NCBI GenBank assembly: GCA_963665325.3
Contig: OZ224045.1
Location: forward strand, 224,001 to 288,000
DNA: 64,000 nt
Source of the DNA: Alphaproteobacteria bacterium
GTDB lineage: Bacteria; Pseudomonadota; Alphaproteobacteria; Bin95
Reading direction: 5' to 3'
In this document: positions 20,188 through 30,540 of the stretch, one piece after another
Position numbering within the stretch: position 1 is the first letter of the stretch
How the letters are laid out: each line of letters starts with the position of its first letter
Translations under genes and position numbers: made by a program
Notes under the pieces: model-generated
Seen by the model: the letters and a program-made list of their open reading frames with translations, nothing else
Told to the model about the DNA's origin: nothing
The model's database searches: none

Positions 20188-20273
20188 GCTGCCCCATGGA
20201 CGAACCGCCGCTTCATCGTAGATAATCGGGGGGTTGGCCGGCGAAGAGACGCTTTAGCCCCAGGAGCCCAGAT

Positions 20274-23200
20274 ATGGCGCTTGCGCAAGTCAAGCTCGAC
20301 GACAAATACATCCTGGACGAAGGACGTGCCCTGCTGACCGGGGCCCAGGCTTTGGTCAGGCTCCCATTGGTGCAGCGCCGCCGCGACCTAGCAGCCGGCC
20401 TCAACACGGCCGGTTTCATTTCCGGCTATCGCGGTTCTCCCCTCGGCGGCTACGATCAGCAGCTCTGGGCGGCCCGCAAGCACCTGCAAGACCACCAGGT
20501 CGTCTTCAAGGCGGGCGTCAACGAAGACCTCGCCGCGACTTCGGTATGGGGAACGCAGCAGTCCGCTTTCTTCGGCGATGCCAAGTATGACGGCGTCTTC
20601 AGCATCTGGTACGGCAAAGGCCCGGGCGTGGACCGGACGGGCGATGCGCTCAAGCACGCCAACCTGTTCGGCACGCACCCGCATGGCGGCGTCATCGCGC
20701 TTGCCGGCGACGACCACGTCGCCAAGAGCTCGACCACGGCGCATCAGAGCGAGTTCGCGTTCGTCGATGCAATGGTGCCGGTCCTGAACCCGTCGGGGGT
20801 GCAGGAGTTCCTCGATTTCGGCCTCTACGGCTTTGCCATGTCGCGCTATGCCGGCCTCTGGGCGGGCTTCATCTGCGTGACGGATACGGTCGACTCCACA
20901 GCGACGGTGGATATCGATCCCGACCGGGTGCAAATCCGGCTTCCGGGCGATTTCGAGATGCCGGAGGGCGGCCCCAACATCCGCTGGCCGGACAATTGGC
21001 TCGACCAGGAGCCGCGCCTGCACAATGTCAAGCTGCCGGCGGCCGTTGCTTTCGTGCGTGCGAACCGGCTCGACCGGGTCGCCGTCGGCGGTCCCGGCCG
21101 GCGGATCGGCATTGTCACCACGGGTAAGTCCTATCTGGATACGCGGCAAGCCCTTTCGGCGCTCGGCATCGACGACGCGACCGCCCGCGAACTCGGAATT
21201 TCCGTTTACAAGGTGGCGCTCTCCTGGCCGATCGAGCCGGAAGGCATGCGCGCGTTCTGCGAAGGCCTCGAAGAGGTCCTCGTCGTCGAAGAGAAGCGCG
21301 GACTGATGGAGCCCCAGATCAAGGAACTGCTCTACAGCACGCCGGCCGACCGCCGGCCCAGGGTAGTCGGTAAGACCGACGAGGCGGGGCGGGAACTGCT
21401 GCGAACGTACCAGGAATTGCAACCGGAAGACGTTGCAGAGGCAATCCTTTCCCGGCTCGGGCGCGTCGCCGATATCGGCCGTTTCGAGTCCCGGCTGGCT
21501 GCAATCCGGGAGGTAACGCGCCAGTCGGGCGGCAACCAGCCCAGCCTGGTGCGCACGCCGTCCTTCTGCTCCGGCTGCCCGCACAATTCCGGCACCAAGC
21601 TGCCGGACGGGTCGCGGGCGTTCTCGGGCATCGGCTGCCACTTCATGGCGCAATGGGTCGATCCGGAGAAGACCGCCACCTACACCCATATGGGCGCGGA
21701 AGGCGCGACCTGGGCCGGGCTGCACCACTTCGTCGAAACGCCGCACATCTTCCAGAATATCGGCGACGGCACCTACTACCATTCCGGCATTCTGGCAGTG
21801 CGCGCGGCCGTCGCGTCCGGCGCCAGCATGACCTACAAGGTGCTCTACAACGACGCCGTCGCGATGACCGGCGGCCAGCCGGTGGACGGACCGCTGTCGC
21901 CGGCGATGGTGACGCAGCAGCTTGCCGCCGAGGGTGTAAAGCCGATCTATCTCGTCACCGATACGCCGGAAGCCTATGAAAAAGCGCGAGACCTCGCGCC
22001 CGGCACAGTGGTCAAGCACCGCTCGGAAATGAACCTGGTCCAGATCGAGCTGCGGGAAATCGAAGGCGTTTCAGGCCTCGTCTATGTGCAGACTTGCGCT
22101 GCCGAGAAGCGACGCCGGCGCAAGCGCGGCGCCTTCCCGAACCCGCCCAAGCGCATGTTCATCAACCCCGCCGTCTGCGAGGGTTGCGGCGATTGCGGGG
22201 TCAAGTCGAATTGCGTCTCGGTCATCCCCGTCGAAACCGAGTTCGGCCGCAAGCGGATGATCGACCAGTCGGCCTGCAACAAGGATTATTCCTGCCTGAA
22301 CGGCTTCTGCCCGAGCTTCGTCACCGTCTATGACGCCGAGCCGCGCAAGGGCGAGCCGGCCGGCCAGGCGCCGGGACCGCTGGAGGTCCTGCCGGAACCC
22401 ACGCTCCCGGCGACCGACGAGCCCTATTCCATGATGATCGACGGGATCGGCGGCACGGGCGTCATCACCGTCGGTGCGCTGCTGGCCATGGCGGCCCATC
22501 TGGAGGGCAAGGCGGCCACCGTGATGGACATGACGGGCCTCGCTCAGAAAGGCGGCGCCGTCTGGAGCCACTTGCGGATCGCCGACGATCTGGAGGACCT
22601 GCACAGCGTGCGCGTCGGCCTCGGCGGCGGGCGCGCCCTGATCGGCTGCGACCTGGTGACCTCAAGCCAGGTCGATACGCTCTCCAGGCTGGCGCGAGGC
22701 TCCAGCCGGGCGGTCATCAATACATATCGCACCTACACGAACGAGTTCGCCCGCAATCCCGACATGTCGTTCCCGGACGACGAGCTGCGGACCCGGATCG
22801 AGGCAGCGCTCGGCGGCGATGCCGTGGAAATGATCGACGCCACCCGCCTGGCCACCGCGCTTCTGGGCGACGCCATCGGCTCCAACCTCTTCATGACCGG
22901 TTTCGCTTACCAGAGGGGTCTGGTTCCCGTCAGCGGCGAGGCCATCGAGCGGGCGATCGAGCTCAACGGCGTCGCCGTCGAGATGAACAAGACCGCATTC
23001 GATTGGGGCCGGCGCGCCGCGCACGATCTCGCGTTCGTGGAGCGCATCGCATACCCGGCGGACACGAGGAACGAGCGCCCCACTCTGGAAAGCCTGGATG
23101 ATACGGTCGCCCGCAGGGCGGCGTTCCTGACCGACTATCAGAATGCTGCCTACGCGGCGCGTTACACCTCGCTTGTGAACCGTGTGCGCGAAGCGGAGGC

Positions 23201-23747
23201 CATCGAGGGTGGCGGGCCGCTGTCCCAGGCCGTGGCCCGCTACTACTTCAAGCTGCTCGCCTACAAGGACGAATACGAGGTCGCACGTCTCCACGCTTCC
23301 GGCGATCTCCGCCAGCAGATCTCGCGGCAGTTCGAGGACGGCTACCGGCTGGAATTCAATCTGGCGCCACCGCTCTTCGCTAGGAAGGACCCGGTCACCG
23401 GCGAGCCCCGTAAGATGCGCTTCGGCTCGTGGATGCTGCATGTCTTCAAGCTGCTGGCGGCTATGCGCGGCCTGCGCGGCACGGCTTTCGACCCCTTCGG
23501 ACGGACCGAGGAACGCCGCCGCGAGCGCGCGCTCATCGTGCAATATGAAGGCGATGTCGAAGAGATCCTTCGCCGCTTCGGCCCGGAGACCCGCGCCGCC
23601 ACCGTCGATCTGGCGAGTGTACCGGAACATATTCGCGGCTACGGCCATGTGAAGCTGCGTCACCTCGAAGTTGCCGAGAAGCGCCGGGCGGCACTTCTAG
23701 AAGCGCTTCACGATCCGAAGAAACACGCTGTCGCCGCCGCAGAGTAG
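20274..23747 (+). CDS. Indolepyruvate ferredoxin oxidoreductase family (fused subunits)
   Basis: SGYRGSPLGG, FCSGCPHN, GDGTYYHSG, CEGCGDC, GIGGTGV, GLAQKGG, IRGYGHVK. Confidence 0.94.
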   Translation: MALAQVKLDDKYILDEGRALLTGAQALVRLPLVQRRRDLAAGLNTAGFISGYRGSPLGGYDQQLWAARKHLQDHQVVFKAGVNEDLAATSVWGTQQSAFFGDAKYDGVFSIWYGKGPGVDRTGDALKHANLFGTHPHGGVIALAGDDHVAKSSTTAHQSEFAFVDAMVPVLNPSGVQEFLDFGLYGFAMSRYAGLWAGFICVTDTVDSTATVDIDPDRVQIRLPGDFEMPEGGPNIRWPDNWLDQEPRLHNVKLPAAVAFVRANRLDRVAVGGPGRRIGIVTTGKSYLDTRQALSALGIDDATARELGISVYKVALSWPIEPEGMRAFCEGLEEVLVVEEKRGLMEPQIKELLYSTPADRRPRVVGKTDEAGRELLRTYQELQPEDVAEAILSRLGRVADIGRFESRLAAIREVTRQSGGNQPSLVRTPSFCSGCPHNSGTKLPDGSRAFSGIGCHFMAQWVDPEKTATYTHMGAEGATWAGLHHFVETPHIFQNIGDGTYYHSGILAVRAAVASGASMTYKVLYNDAVAMTGGQPVDGPLSPAMVTQQLAAEGVKPIYLVTDTPEAYEKARDLAPGTVVKHRSEMNLVQIELREIEGVSGLVYVQTCAAEKRRRRKRGAFPNPPKRMFINPAVCEGCGDCGVKSNCVSVIPVETEFGRKRMIDQSACNKDYSCLNGFCPSFVTVYDAEPRKGEPAGQAPGPLEVLPEPTLPATDEPYSMMIDGIGGTGVITVGALLAMAAHLEGKAATVMDMTGLAQKGGAVWSHLRIADDLEDLHSVRVGLGGGRALIGCDLVTSSQVDTLSRLARGSSRAVINTYRTYTNEFARNPDMSFPDDELRTRIEAALGGDAVEMIDATRLATALLGDAIGSNLFMTGFAYQRGLVPVSGEAIERAIELNGVAVEMNKTAFDWGRRAAHDLAFVERIAYPADTRNERPTLESLDDTVARRAAFLTDYQNAAYAARYTSLVNRVREAEAIEGGGPLSQAVARYYFKLLAYKDEYEVARLHASGDLRQQISRQFEDGYRLEFNLAPPLFARKDPVTGEPRKMRFGSWMLHVFKLLAAMRGLRGTAFDPFGRTEERRRERALIVQYEGDVEEILRRFGPETRAATVDLASVPEHIRGYGHVKLRHLEVAEKRRAALLEALHDPKKHAVAAAE

Positions 23748-23760
23748 GAGCCCTCTGAGT

Positions 23761-24453
23761 ATGAATGGTACGGAAACCGCGATCGTTATCGGGGTCGGGC
23801 CGGGGCTCGGCGCCTCGCTCGGACGAATTTTCTCCCGGGCAGGCATGAAGGTCGCGCTCGCGGCGCGCACGCCGGCGAAGCTGGAGCCCATGGCCGCCGA
23901 GATGGGCGACGGTGTGAGCATTCATGCCTGCGACGCCACGGACGATGCTAGCGTCAAGGCCTTGTTCGCTGCGGTTTCGGATCCGGACATCGTCGTATTC
24001 AACGCCTCCGGCCGTGTACGCGGGAGCATTGTGGACATCGAAACCGAAGAGTTCGAGCAGGCGTGGCGACAGGCCTGCCTCGGCGGTTTCATCGTCGGCC
24101 GCGAGGCTGCGAGAGCCATGCTGCCGCGCGGGTCGGGCAGCATCTTCTTCACCGGAGCCACGGCGTCGGTGAAGGGCTATGCCAAGTCGGCAAGTTTTGC
24201 GGTCGGCAAGTTCGGCCTGCGGGCCCTGGCGCAGTCGATGGCGCGGGACTTCGGCCCTCGGGGCCTGCATATCGCGCATTTCATCATCGACGGCGGCATA
24301 CTGGGCCCGCATCACGCGCCCGACCCCGATCTGCCCGAAGACCACCTTCTGGTCCCGGACTCGATTGCCGAGACCTATCTGCATGTCCATCGCCAGCATC
24401 GCTCCGCCTGGGCGCAGGAGGTTGATCTGCGGCCGTGGGCGGAATCGTTCTGA
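23761..24453 (+). CDS. SDR family oxidoreductase
   Basis: GVGPGLG, FTGATAS, FAVGKFGLRALAQSMAR. Confidence 0.88.
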   Translation: MNGTETAIVIGVGPGLGASLGRIFSRAGMKVALAARTPAKLEPMAAEMGDGVSIHACDATDDASVKALFAAVSDPDIVVFNASGRVRGSIVDIETEEFEQAWRQACLGGFIVGREAARAMLPRGSGSIFFTGATASVKGYAKSASFAVGKFGLRALAQSMARDFGPRGLHIAHFIIDGGILGPHHAPDPDLPEDHLLVPDSIAETYLHVHRQHRSAWAQEVDLRPWAESF

Positions 24454-24488
24454 CGAGTTCGCAGGCCTGAGCGGCCGCGAATGCGAGG

Positions 24489-24950
24489 ATGAGCATGGCA
24501 AGGCGTGTGCTGATTCTGAACGGGCCCAACCTGAACATGCTCGGTCAGCGCCAGCCCGAAATCTACGGGCGGACGACCCTTGCCGAGATTACCGCCAACG
24601 TCGAGGCCGCCGCCGGCGACCTCGGCATGGAAGCGGTTTGCCGGCAGAGCAATCACGAAGGCGCACTCGTCACCTGGATTCAGGAGGCACGCGCGGACTT
24701 CGACGCCATCGTCATCAATGCGGCGGCCTATACCCACACATCGGTCGCGCTGCTGGACGCGCTCACGCTCTTCGAGGGGCCGGTCGTCGAAGTCCATCTT
24801 TCGAACATCCACAGGCGTGAAGCATTCCGCCATCGTTCCTATATATCGGGTGCGGCGCTCGGCATGATCGCGGGCTTCGGCCCCGTCGGGTACCGCCTGG
24901 CCCTGTTGGCCCTGGATGACCGCTGGCGCACGGATGAGAAGATGCCATGA
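24489..24950 (+). CDS. aroQ: Type II 3-dehydroquinate dehydratase
   Basis: [39 protein letters not shown]. Confidence 0.96.
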   Translation: MSMARRVLILNGPNLNMLGQRQPEIYGRTTLAEITANVEAAAGDLGMEAVCRQSNHEGALVTWIQEARADFDAIVINAAAYTHTSVALLDALTLFEGPVVEVHLSNIHRREAFRHRSYISGAALGMIAGFGPVGYRLALLALDDRWRTDEKMP

Positions 24951-25405
24951 GCCGTTTTGACATCGATGAGGACGCTGTTCGCCGTCTGGCCGGGTTGCTG
25001 GAAGAGACCGGCGTTTCCGAAATCGAGTATCGCGACGGCAATCGCAGCCTTCGGATTTCGGCGCGCGCCCCCGCGCCAGCTCCCCTGCCAGCGGCTCCTC
25101 CCGTAACGTCGGGGCAGCCGGTGGCGGTCGATCCGGTCGCAGCACCTCCGCAGCCTCCTGCGGCAGTGGAAGGCGTGCCTGTCACTGCGCCCATCGTTGG
25201 CACGGTCTATCTTCAGCCGGATCCTCAGCAGTCCGCATTTGTACAGGTAGGCGACCGCGTTCAGGCGGGGCAGATACTGCTGATTATCGAGGCGATGAAG
25301 GTCTACAACCAGATTCCTGCGCCTAGCGACGGCGTCGTGCGGCAGATTCTCGTCTCCAGCGGCGATCCTGTCGAATATGGCGAGACCCTGATGATTCTCG
25401 GCTGA
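24947..25405 (+). CDS. accB: Biotin carboxyl carrier protein
   Basis: Pro/Ala linker, EAMK biotinylation motif, PVEYGE. Confidence 0.94.
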   Translation: MSRFDIDEDAVRRLAGLLEETGVSEIEYRDGNRSLRISARAPAPAPLPAAPPVTSGQPVAVDPVAAPPQPPAAVEGVPVTAPIVGTVYLQPDPQQSAFVQVGDRVQAGQILLIIEAMKVYNQIPAPSDGVVRQILVSSGDPVEYGETLMILG

Positions 25406-25409
25406 GCCG

Positions 25410-26750
25410 GTGTTCGAAAAGGTCCTGATCGCCAATCGTGGCGAGATCGCGCTTCGCATCATCCGCGCCTGCCGGGATCTCGGCATCCGTACGGTCGCGG
25501 TTCATTCAACCATCGACTCCGAGGCCATGCATGTGCGCCTTGCAGATGAAAGCGTGTGCATCGGCCCGCCGGCGCCGCGCGACAGCTATCTGAGCATGGC
25601 GGCGCTGGTATCGGCAGCCAGCGTGGCCGGCGCCGACGCGATTCATCCGGGCCTCGGCTTCCTCGCGGAAAACGCCACATTCGCGCAGGTCGTCACAGAT
25701 CACGGCTTTACCTTTATCGGGCCGAGCCCGGACCATATCGCCACGATGGGCGACAAGATCGCCGCCAAGGCAGCCATGGTGGAGGTCGGCATCTCGCCGG
25801 TGCCCGGCAGCGATGCTGCAGTCGAGAGCGACGCGGAAGCGGCGCGGATCGCCGAGGAGATCGGCTACCCGGTGCTCGTGAAGGCGGCGGCCGGGGGCGG
25901 CGGCCGCGGGATGCAAATCGCTCGCGAGCCGACGATCCTTGCACCGGCACTCGCGTTGGCGCGGCGCGAGGCCGCCGGCGCTTTCGGCGACTCCCGAGTG
26001 TTCATCGAGAAGTTCATCGAAAAACCGCGCCACATCGAGATTCAGATTCTTGCCGATTCCCATGGCAACGCCGTTCACCTGGGGGAGCGCGATTGCTCCA
26101 TCCAGCGCCGCCACCAGAAGGTAATCGAGGAGTCGCCCTCCCCCGTCCTGGACGATGCGGTGCGGGCAGAGATCGGCGCGCGGGCCGCGACGGCAGTCCG
26201 CCAGCTCGGCTATCTCGGCGCGGGCACGCTGGAGTTCCTCTTCGACGGCCGGGACTTCCACTTCATTGAAATGAACACGCGCCTCCAGGTCGAGCACCCG
26301 GTTACCGAAATGGTGACCGGGGTCGATCTCGTGCGCGAGCAGTTGGAGATTGCGGCCGGCGGCAAGCTACAGTTCGGGCAGGACGATGTGCGCTTCGACG
26401 GCCATGCCATCGAATGCCGGGTCAATGCCGAGGATGCCCGCACCTTCGTGCCTTCGCCCGGACGGGTTCGCGAATACCACCCCCCGGGAGGCCCCGGAGT
26501 GCGGGTCGATTCCGCCCTGTTCGCCGGCTGCATGGTTCCGCCGCACTATGACAGCCTGATCGCCAAGCTCATCGTGCATGGGCCCGACCGCGCGACCGCC
26601 GTCGCCCGGCTTGCACGCGCCCTCGACGAATATGTCATCGAGGGCATAGACACCAATCTCGAGCTCCACCGGGGCATTGCAGGCAATCGGGACTTCAGCA
26701 GCGGAGCCTACGACATACACTGGCTCGAGCGCTGGATGGACGGCGCTTGA
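25410..26750 (+). CDS. accC: Biotin carboxylase
   Basis: LIANRGEIA, GGGGRGM, ERDCSIQRRHQK, EMNTRLQVEH, YDSLIAK. Confidence 0.96.
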   Translation: MFEKVLIANRGEIALRIIRACRDLGIRTVAVHSTIDSEAMHVRLADESVCIGPPAPRDSYLSMAALVSAASVAGADAIHPGLGFLAENATFAQVVTDHGFTFIGPSPDHIATMGDKIAAKAAMVEVGISPVPGSDAAVESDAEAARIAEEIGYPVLVKAAAGGGGRGMQIAREPTILAPALALARREAAGAFGDSRVFIEKFIEKPRHIEIQILADSHGNAVHLGERDCSIQRRHQKVIEESPSPVLDDAVRAEIGARAATAVRQLGYLGAGTLEFLFDGRDFHFIEMNTRLQVEHPVTEMVTGVDLVREQLEIAAGGKLQFGQDDVRFDGHAIECRVNAEDARTFVPSPGRVREYHPPGGPGVRVDSALFAGCMVPPHYDSLIAKLIVHGPDRATAVARLARALDEYVIEGIDTNLELHRGIAGNRDFSSGAYDIHWLERWMDGA

Positions 26751-27427
26751 AGCGGATTTCGGCGGAAATGCTGCTGACGGCCTACCGCCTGGGGCTTTTT
26801 CCCATGGCGGACGGGCGTCGCTCGAACACGCTCTACTGGCTCGACCCGCGCCGGCGCGGCATCATCCCGCTCGACCGGTTCCGGGTGTCCCGGCGCCTCG
26901 GCCGCACCGTTCGCCGGGGCCGCTTCGAGGTTCGGGTCGATTGCGACTTCGACGCGGTGATCGCCGCCTGCGCCGAGCCGCGCTCCGACGACGGCGATAC
27001 CTGGATCAACGACGACATCCTGCGCCTGTACAAGGAACTGTTCCAAGAAGGCGCCGCGCACAGCGTGGAGTGCCGGCTGGACGGGCAGTTAACAGGTGGT
27101 CTCTACGGCGTTTCGGTCGGCGGTGCCTTCTTCGGCGAGAGCATGTTTTCGCGGGTCCGGGACGCCAGCAAGGTGGCGCTCGTCCACCTGGCGGCCCGCC
27201 TCAGTGTCGGCGGCTATCTCCTTCTGGACACGCAGTTCGTTACCGAGCATCTCGCAACATTCGGCGCCATAGAGATCAGCCGTACGGACTATCGACGCCG
27301 CCTCAGCGCCGCCATCCACGTGGACACCGAACTGCCGCAGGATTTGCCGGAAGGCGCGCTGGAGCGCTTTCTCGCCTCGGCGCGCCCTACGCCGCTTCCA
27401 GAGGCACCACGGGCACTGCGTCCTTGA
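26747..27427 (+). CDS. aat: Leucyl/phenylalanyl-tRNA--protein transferase
   Basis: AYRLGLFPM, TWIN, AHSVE, GGLYGV, FFGESMFS, DASKVAL. Confidence 0.95.
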   Translation: MKRISAEMLLTAYRLGLFPMADGRRSNTLYWLDPRRRGIIPLDRFRVSRRLGRTVRRGRFEVRVDCDFDAVIAACAEPRSDDGDTWINDDILRLYKELFQEGAAHSVECRLDGQLTGGLYGVSVGGAFFGESMFSRVRDASKVALVHLAARLSVGGYLLLDTQFVTEHLATFGAIEISRTDYRRRLSAAIHVDTELPQDLPEGALERFLASARPTPLPEAPRALRP

Positions 27428-28430
27428 CCACGATACCGCCCCGGTCGCCGGCCCGGATGCTGCCGTAACGGGCGGCGAAGGCTTCCGGAAGCCGGCGCCC
27501 TTCGGGCGGGCACAGCCAGAGCCGCAGCAGGTGGCGGCGGCGCTCCGGCTCCGGCCAGTCCTCGAAGGCCGTGCGGTCGTGCAGGATCACATGGTTGCAC
27601 AGGAACTGCATGTCGCCGGCCTCGAAAGCCATGTCGAGCCGGAATTCGTCGCTGTTGCAGAGCGAGTCGAACAGGTCGAGGGCTTCCACCTGTTTCGGCG
27701 TCAGCGCCGGCACCTCCGCAAAGCGGCGCGCCGACTCGATGTAGCGCCGCGTATAGATCGTGGTCAGCTCGCCATCGACCCGGTTGAAGACCGGCAAGGT
27801 GAACCAGGGCTTCATGCCTTCCGGTACCTCGCCGCGTCGGTCGACAAAGAAGGGCTCATAGAGCTCGGCGGCCAGGTCCGGCCGGCTTTGCGCCATCTCG
27901 TTGTGGACGGCAACGGAACTCACGATGGAGCTCAGGCCGCCGGAGCGGGCGGGTTGCAGGCACATCAATGCGACGATATCCACCGAATCGGTATGAAACA
28001 GCTGGCGTTCGCGGGTCTGGTAAACGCGAACATTAGGGTCGCTGCTGTGCAGGCCCATGTCCTTCACATGGCCCATCAGGTGGCCCTTGGCGTTCTGCGA
28101 GCGGGCGCTGCCGAAATGCGCGCCGATACCCCAGAAGGCGGCCACGGCCTCTTCCCGGCTCATCCTGCGGACCGGCAGCCCGCGAAGCAGGAAGAACCCC
28201 CTGCCGTCCAGCAATTCGCGCCTGAGCCCGGCCAGCTTCGGGCCGAGCGTCGCCAGTGGGAACGCTTCCCGGTCAACCTCGATCAACGGTCGGTCGATTG
28301 CGGCCACCGCGGCATCGACCTCGGCGACCTCCGCTTCGGTCAGGCGGTATTCCCAAACGTCTTGCGCCACCATCTCCCGGCCGCGCCAGGCTGCCGGGCT
28401 GTCGAGGACTTCTGGAGATAGGGTCGTCAT
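27387..28430 (-). CDS. TauD/TfdA family dioxygenase
   Basis: FHTD, NHVILHDRT, RRHLLRLW. Confidence 0.88.
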   Translation of the reverse strand: MTTLSPEVLDSPAAWRGREMVAQDVWEYRLTEAEVAEVDAAVAAIDRPLIEVDREAFPLATLGPKLAGLRRELLDGRGFFLLRGLPVRRMSREEAVAAFWGIGAHFGSARSQNAKGHLMGHVKDMGLHSSDPNVRVYQTRERQLFHTDSVDIVALMCLQPARSGGLSSIVSSVAVHNEMAQSRPDLAAELYEPFFVDRRGEVPEGMKPWFTLPVFNRVDGELTTIYTRRYIESARRFAEVPALTPKQVEALDLFDSLCNSDEFRLDMAFEAGDMQFLCNHVILHDRTAFEDWPEPERRRHLLRLWLCPPEGRRLPEAFAARYGSIRAGDRGGIVVKDAVPVVPLEAA

Positions 28431-28516
28431 GCCATGCTCTTCCGGTCGATCTCGGTGCTGGAGACCATAATCCCGATGTTGTCCCTTGAATCAATGGCGC
28501 GGGAGCGCCCGGCGCC

Positions 28517-29944
28517 ATGATGCCTGAAGAATTCCGCCGCCACGCCCACCGCCTCGTGGACTGGATGGCCGACTATATGTCTGAGGTGGAACGTTTCCCG
28601 GTCCGCGCGCAGACGCGTCCCGGCGAGGTCGCGTCCGCCCTGCCCCCGGCGGCGCCCGAGGCAGGCGAGCCGATGGAAACCGTGTTCGCGGACTTCGAGC
28701 GCATCGTCATGCCCGGCATGACCCATTGGCAGCATCCGCGCTTCTTCGCCTATTTCCCGGCGAATTCGAGCCCGCCTTCGGTGCTGGCCGAGATGCTGAC
28801 GGCCGCGCTCGGCGCCCAGTGCATGCTGTGGCAGACCTCGCCCGCCGCCACCGAGATGGAATCCCGGATGCTGGACTGGCTGCGCCACGCCATCGGTCTG
28901 CCGGAGGGCTTCTCGGGAGTCATCCAGGATTCGGCGTCGTCGGCCATTCTTTGCGCCCTGTTGACGGCGCGCGAGCGGGCGACCGATGGCGCCGCGAACG
29001 AGCGGGGCCTTGCCGACGCCGGAGCAGCGCCGGTGGTTTACACCTCGGATCAGGCCCATTCGGCTACCGAAAAGGGAGCCAAAATAGCCGGTTACGGGCG
29101 CAACCATGTGAGACTGGTCGAGACTGGCGACGACTTCGCGATGAGAGCCGATGCGCTGGACGCGGCAATCCGCGCCGACAAGGCCGCCGGTCTCCGGCCC
29201 GCCTGCATCGTCGCAAGCATGGGCACGACCGGCGTCGGCGCCATCGACCGGCTGGACGAAATCGGCGCTGTCGCCCGGGCGCACGATGTCTTCCTGCATG
29301 TCGATGCCGCGTGGGCAGGCAGCGCGCTGATCTGCGAGGAACACCGCTGGATGCTACGGGGCATCGAGACCGTGGACAGCCTCGTCTTCAACCCCCACAA
29401 ATGGCTGCTGACCAATTTCGACTGCTCGGCGCATTTCGTTCGCGATCCGGACGCGCTCGTCCGCACACTTTCGATCCTCCCCGCCTACCTGCAAAGCCGC
29501 GAGGGAAACGCCGTGATCGACTATCGCGACTGGAGCGTGCCGCTGGGCCGGCGCTTCCGCGCGCTCAAGCTTTGGTTCGTGCTACGCAGCTATGGCCTCG
29601 TCGGATTGCGCGACATGATTCGGCGGCATATCGCGCTCGCGGAATGGCTTGAAGGCAAGATCGCAGCGCATCCGGACTTTGAGCTCATGGCTCCCAGGTC
29701 ATTGGCGCTACTCAATTTCCGTTACGCCCCTGCTTGGGCCGGGGCGCTCGACGAGTTGAACGAGCGTCTGCTGCACGCGATCAACGATGATGGGCGCATC
29801 TATCTGACGCAGGGCAGTGTGCGCGGGGCTTACGCAATCCGCGTCTCCATCGGCCAGACCGGCACCGAACGCATCCATGTCGAGCAGGCGTGGGAGGCGA
29901 TCGAGGCTGCCGCCGCCCGCCTGCAGTCCCATCCCAAGGTGTGA
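28517..29944 (+). CDS. Group II PLP-dependent aromatic-L-amino-acid decarboxylase-like enzyme
   Basis: PGMTHWQHP.FFAYFP, SPAATE, HVDAAWAG, NPHKW (PLP Lys), LGRRFRALKLW. Confidence 0.9.
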   Translation: MMPEEFRRHAHRLVDWMADYMSEVERFPVRAQTRPGEVASALPPAAPEAGEPMETVFADFERIVMPGMTHWQHPRFFAYFPANSSPPSVLAEMLTAALGAQCMLWQTSPAATEMESRMLDWLRHAIGLPEGFSGVIQDSASSAILCALLTARERATDGAANERGLADAGAAPVVYTSDQAHSATEKGAKIAGYGRNHVRLVETGDDFAMRADALDAAIRADKAAGLRPACIVASMGTTGVGAIDRLDEIGAVARAHDVFLHVDAAWAGSALICEEHRWMLRGIETVDSLVFNPHKWLLTNFDCSAHFVRDPDALVRTLSILPAYLQSREGNAVIDYRDWSVPLGRRFRALKLWFVLRSYGLVGLRDMIRRHIALAEWLEGKIAAHPDFELMAPRSLALLNFRYAPAWAGALDELNERLLHAINDDGRIYLTQGSVRGAYAIRVSIGQTGTERIHVEQAWEAIEAAAARLQSHPKV

Positions 29945-29989
29945 GTAAAGTGAATTAAATCCTGATTTGGCTCGACCCCGAAAAAAGTG

Positions 29990-30285
29990 TGGTATGCTGT
30001 CCTTGAGGGAAGAGGCGTCCGGAGCCGCTTCCCCAGATCCGAAAAAATACCCGCAAAACCCACGGGAGACGTGCGCCCTGCGCTTGCCTCGCGCGCAGGC
30101 GCAATCAGGCGCGCGAACCGCGCCGGCGCCAACGGGCGCCCCCGCCCGCGCGCAAACTGCGCGCGAAAAAAGGGCTCCCCTCCCGGACCGGCAAGGAGAC
30201 GAGGATGATCGCAACCGACCCCCGCCCCGCACTGGCGGCGACGCTCGCCGCGCGCCCGGCGCATGGAGATCATGACATGACACAT
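29990..30285 (+). repeat. Dispersed structured intergenic element, copy A (candidate ncRNA or leader)
   Basis: 30091-30141 matches the reverse complement of 46727-46777 at 50/51 nt. Also shared: ACGGGAGACGTGCGCCC, CGCGCGAAAAA(A)GGG, AAGGAGA..ATG, CATGAC. Extended -10 TGgTATGCT at 29990-29998. Confidence 0.8.
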
Positions 30286-30312
30286 CGCGCGGGATTCCCC
30301 GGCAGCAGGGGC

Positions 30313-30537
30313 CTACCCGGCCTTTGCGATCACGAAACGGTAGGGAGCGTCCGCCTCATGGGCTTCCACGATGTTGTGCCCCTCGGTCGCGCAGAAATGA
30401 CGCATGTCGATGGGCGATACCGGGTCGTCGGTCAGCACTTCCAGTCGGTCGCCGGGCGCCATCGTCTTGAGACGTTTGCGGGCCCGCAGGACCGGAATCG
30501 GGCAGCGCAGACCCGTAGCGTCCAGCACATCGGCCAT
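30313..30537 (-). CDS. tusA: Sulfur carrier TusA family protein
   Basis: LDATGLRCPIP motif, TDDP, 74 aa. Confidence 0.9.
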   Translation of the reverse strand: MADVLDATGLRCPIPVLRARKRLKTMAPGDRLEVLTDDPVSPIDMRHFCATEGHNIVEAHEADAPYRFVIAKAG

Positions 30538-30540
30538 GGG

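Noticed and set aside
30147-30175. Hairpin plus A-run in the element as an intrinsic terminator
   Set aside because: The hairpin is followed by A's on the promoter strand and preceded by T's on the other strand. Neither orientation gives hairpin-then-U-tract.
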